From contig JAGLPV010000040.1 in the NCBI GenBank assembly GCA_023137195.1, forward strand, positions 1 through 25,878: 25,878 bases of DNA. The letters are read 5' to 3'. The position numbers and the translations under genes were made by a program. The notes beneath the pieces are model-generated. The model saw only the letters and a list, made by a program, of their open reading frames with translations, was not told the origin of the DNA and did no database searches. This document shows positions 25,046-25,878 of this stretch, piece after piece (within the stretch, counting starts at the first letter, position 1; the number at the start of each line of letters is the position of its first letter). Source of the stretch: Candidatus Aenigmatarchaeota archaeon. Lineage in GTDB: Archaea; EX4484-52.

Positions 25046-25878
25046 TTATTTCTTCCCGCCTGCATTCAACTTCACAATTGTCTTGCATTTAGGATAGTTT
25101 TTGCACCCGAGGAATTTCCCGTATATGCTTGAACGCTCAACCATTTCTCCCCCGCATTTAGGGCATTTGCCAAACTCCTTTTTTTCACCCGCGATGCCTT
25201 CCTCAACAACATCTACCTGCTTTGACTTGCAGTCTTTGTTTGGACATATCTCCTGTGGCTTCTTTTTTGACTTGATTATGGTTATCATTGGATAATTGCA
25301 TTCGGGGCATAATTTCCCGGAACTTTTTATCATGCCTTTTTGAGGGATTGAAATAATAGTCTTACATTCCGGGTACTTGTCGCACGCAATGAACCTTCCG
25401 TATTTTCCGCGTTTCATAACCAGATTTCCATTATCGCAAGCAGGGCATTTTCCGATATGATTTTCCTGCTTTTGACTCTCGAATACTGCATCAACAAGAG
25501 CCCCTCCTATATTTAACTCATTTGCCTTGAATTCTTTCAATAACTTGGTAAGTTCCTGTTTTGCATCAGCAATAGTCTTTTCTGACTGGGTTGTGTCCTT
25601 TTCTATTTGTTCGAGTGCCTCTTCAAACCTGCGTGTCATGCTCTCTGAAATAATCTCAGGACAGTATTTTTCAAGCGTGTCAATGACTTTCAGTCCCAGC
25701 TTAGTTACTTCAATGCGCTTTTCTTTCAGGTATCCTCTCTTGAAAAGGTTTCCTATGATGTCGGCTCGTGTGGCTTTAGTCCCAAGCATACGACGCTCAA
25801 GTTCCTTTATGATTGATGCCTCATTGTATCTTGCAGGAGGTTGGGTCTCTTTTTGCAGGAGGCTTATTTTTTTAACAT
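25046..25878 (-). CDS. topA: DNA topoisomerase I (type IA), C-terminal part; 5' end lies beyond the window
   Basis: TQPPARYNEASII, LGTKATRADII, TRRFEEAL, and C-terminal zinc ribbons (CPAC...GRFIACDKYPEC; CPKCG...GCKNYPKC). Confidence 0.93.
   Translation of the reverse strand, partial: VKKISLLQKETQPPARYNEASIIKELERRMLGTKATRADIIGNLFKRGYLKEKRIEVTKLGLKVIDTLEKYCPEIISESMTRRFEEALEQIEKDTTQSEKTIADAKQELTKLLKEFKANELNIGGALVDAVFESQKQENHIGKCPACDNGNLVMKRGKYGRFIACDKYPECKTIISIPQKGMIKSSGKLCPECNYPMITIIKSKKKPQEICPNKDCKSKQVDVVEEGIAGEKKEFGKCPKCGGEMVERSSIYGKFLGCKNYPKCKTIVKLNAGGKK

Overview
Archaeal chromosomal window, most likely from a DPANN-type lineage (inferred from gene content and style). The left 6 kb is housekeeping: tRNA-Gly(TCC), rpl37e, a type IV pilus/Tad ATPase with two TadC-like membrane genes, proteasome alpha and PFOR alpha. 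The right end holds the C-terminus of topoisomerase I. Between them, on the minus strand, is a two-gene accessory operon. One gene encodes a giant (~3,050 aa) mosaic protein with a possible ART-like N-terminus, four HEAT/ARM blocks, a kinase-like domain, a TFIIB-type Zn ribbon, a triple helical repeat and a C-terminal COOH-NH2-ligase-like domain, punctuated by recurring RKA-x linkers. It is coupled to a 912-aa pseudokinase-kinase tandem. The giant gene is split after codon ~50 by a complete 7,105-bp cargo-carrying transposon (17721-24825). The element has perfect 17-bp IS903-like TIRs, a 9-bp target duplication (GCTTTTTTC), extra 12-bp subterminal repeats and one central SWIM-DDE transposase. 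Its cargo is AbrB and wHTH regulators, two small membrane proteins, a BcgI-like/Type I-like restriction-modification pair whose nuclease-MTase gene starts at ATA, and two paralogous small genes. Removing the element and one target copy restores an in-frame 3,053-aa ORF starting at 24983, and the element's left end supplies a new in-frame ATG. All calls come from reading motifs by eye; no searches were run.
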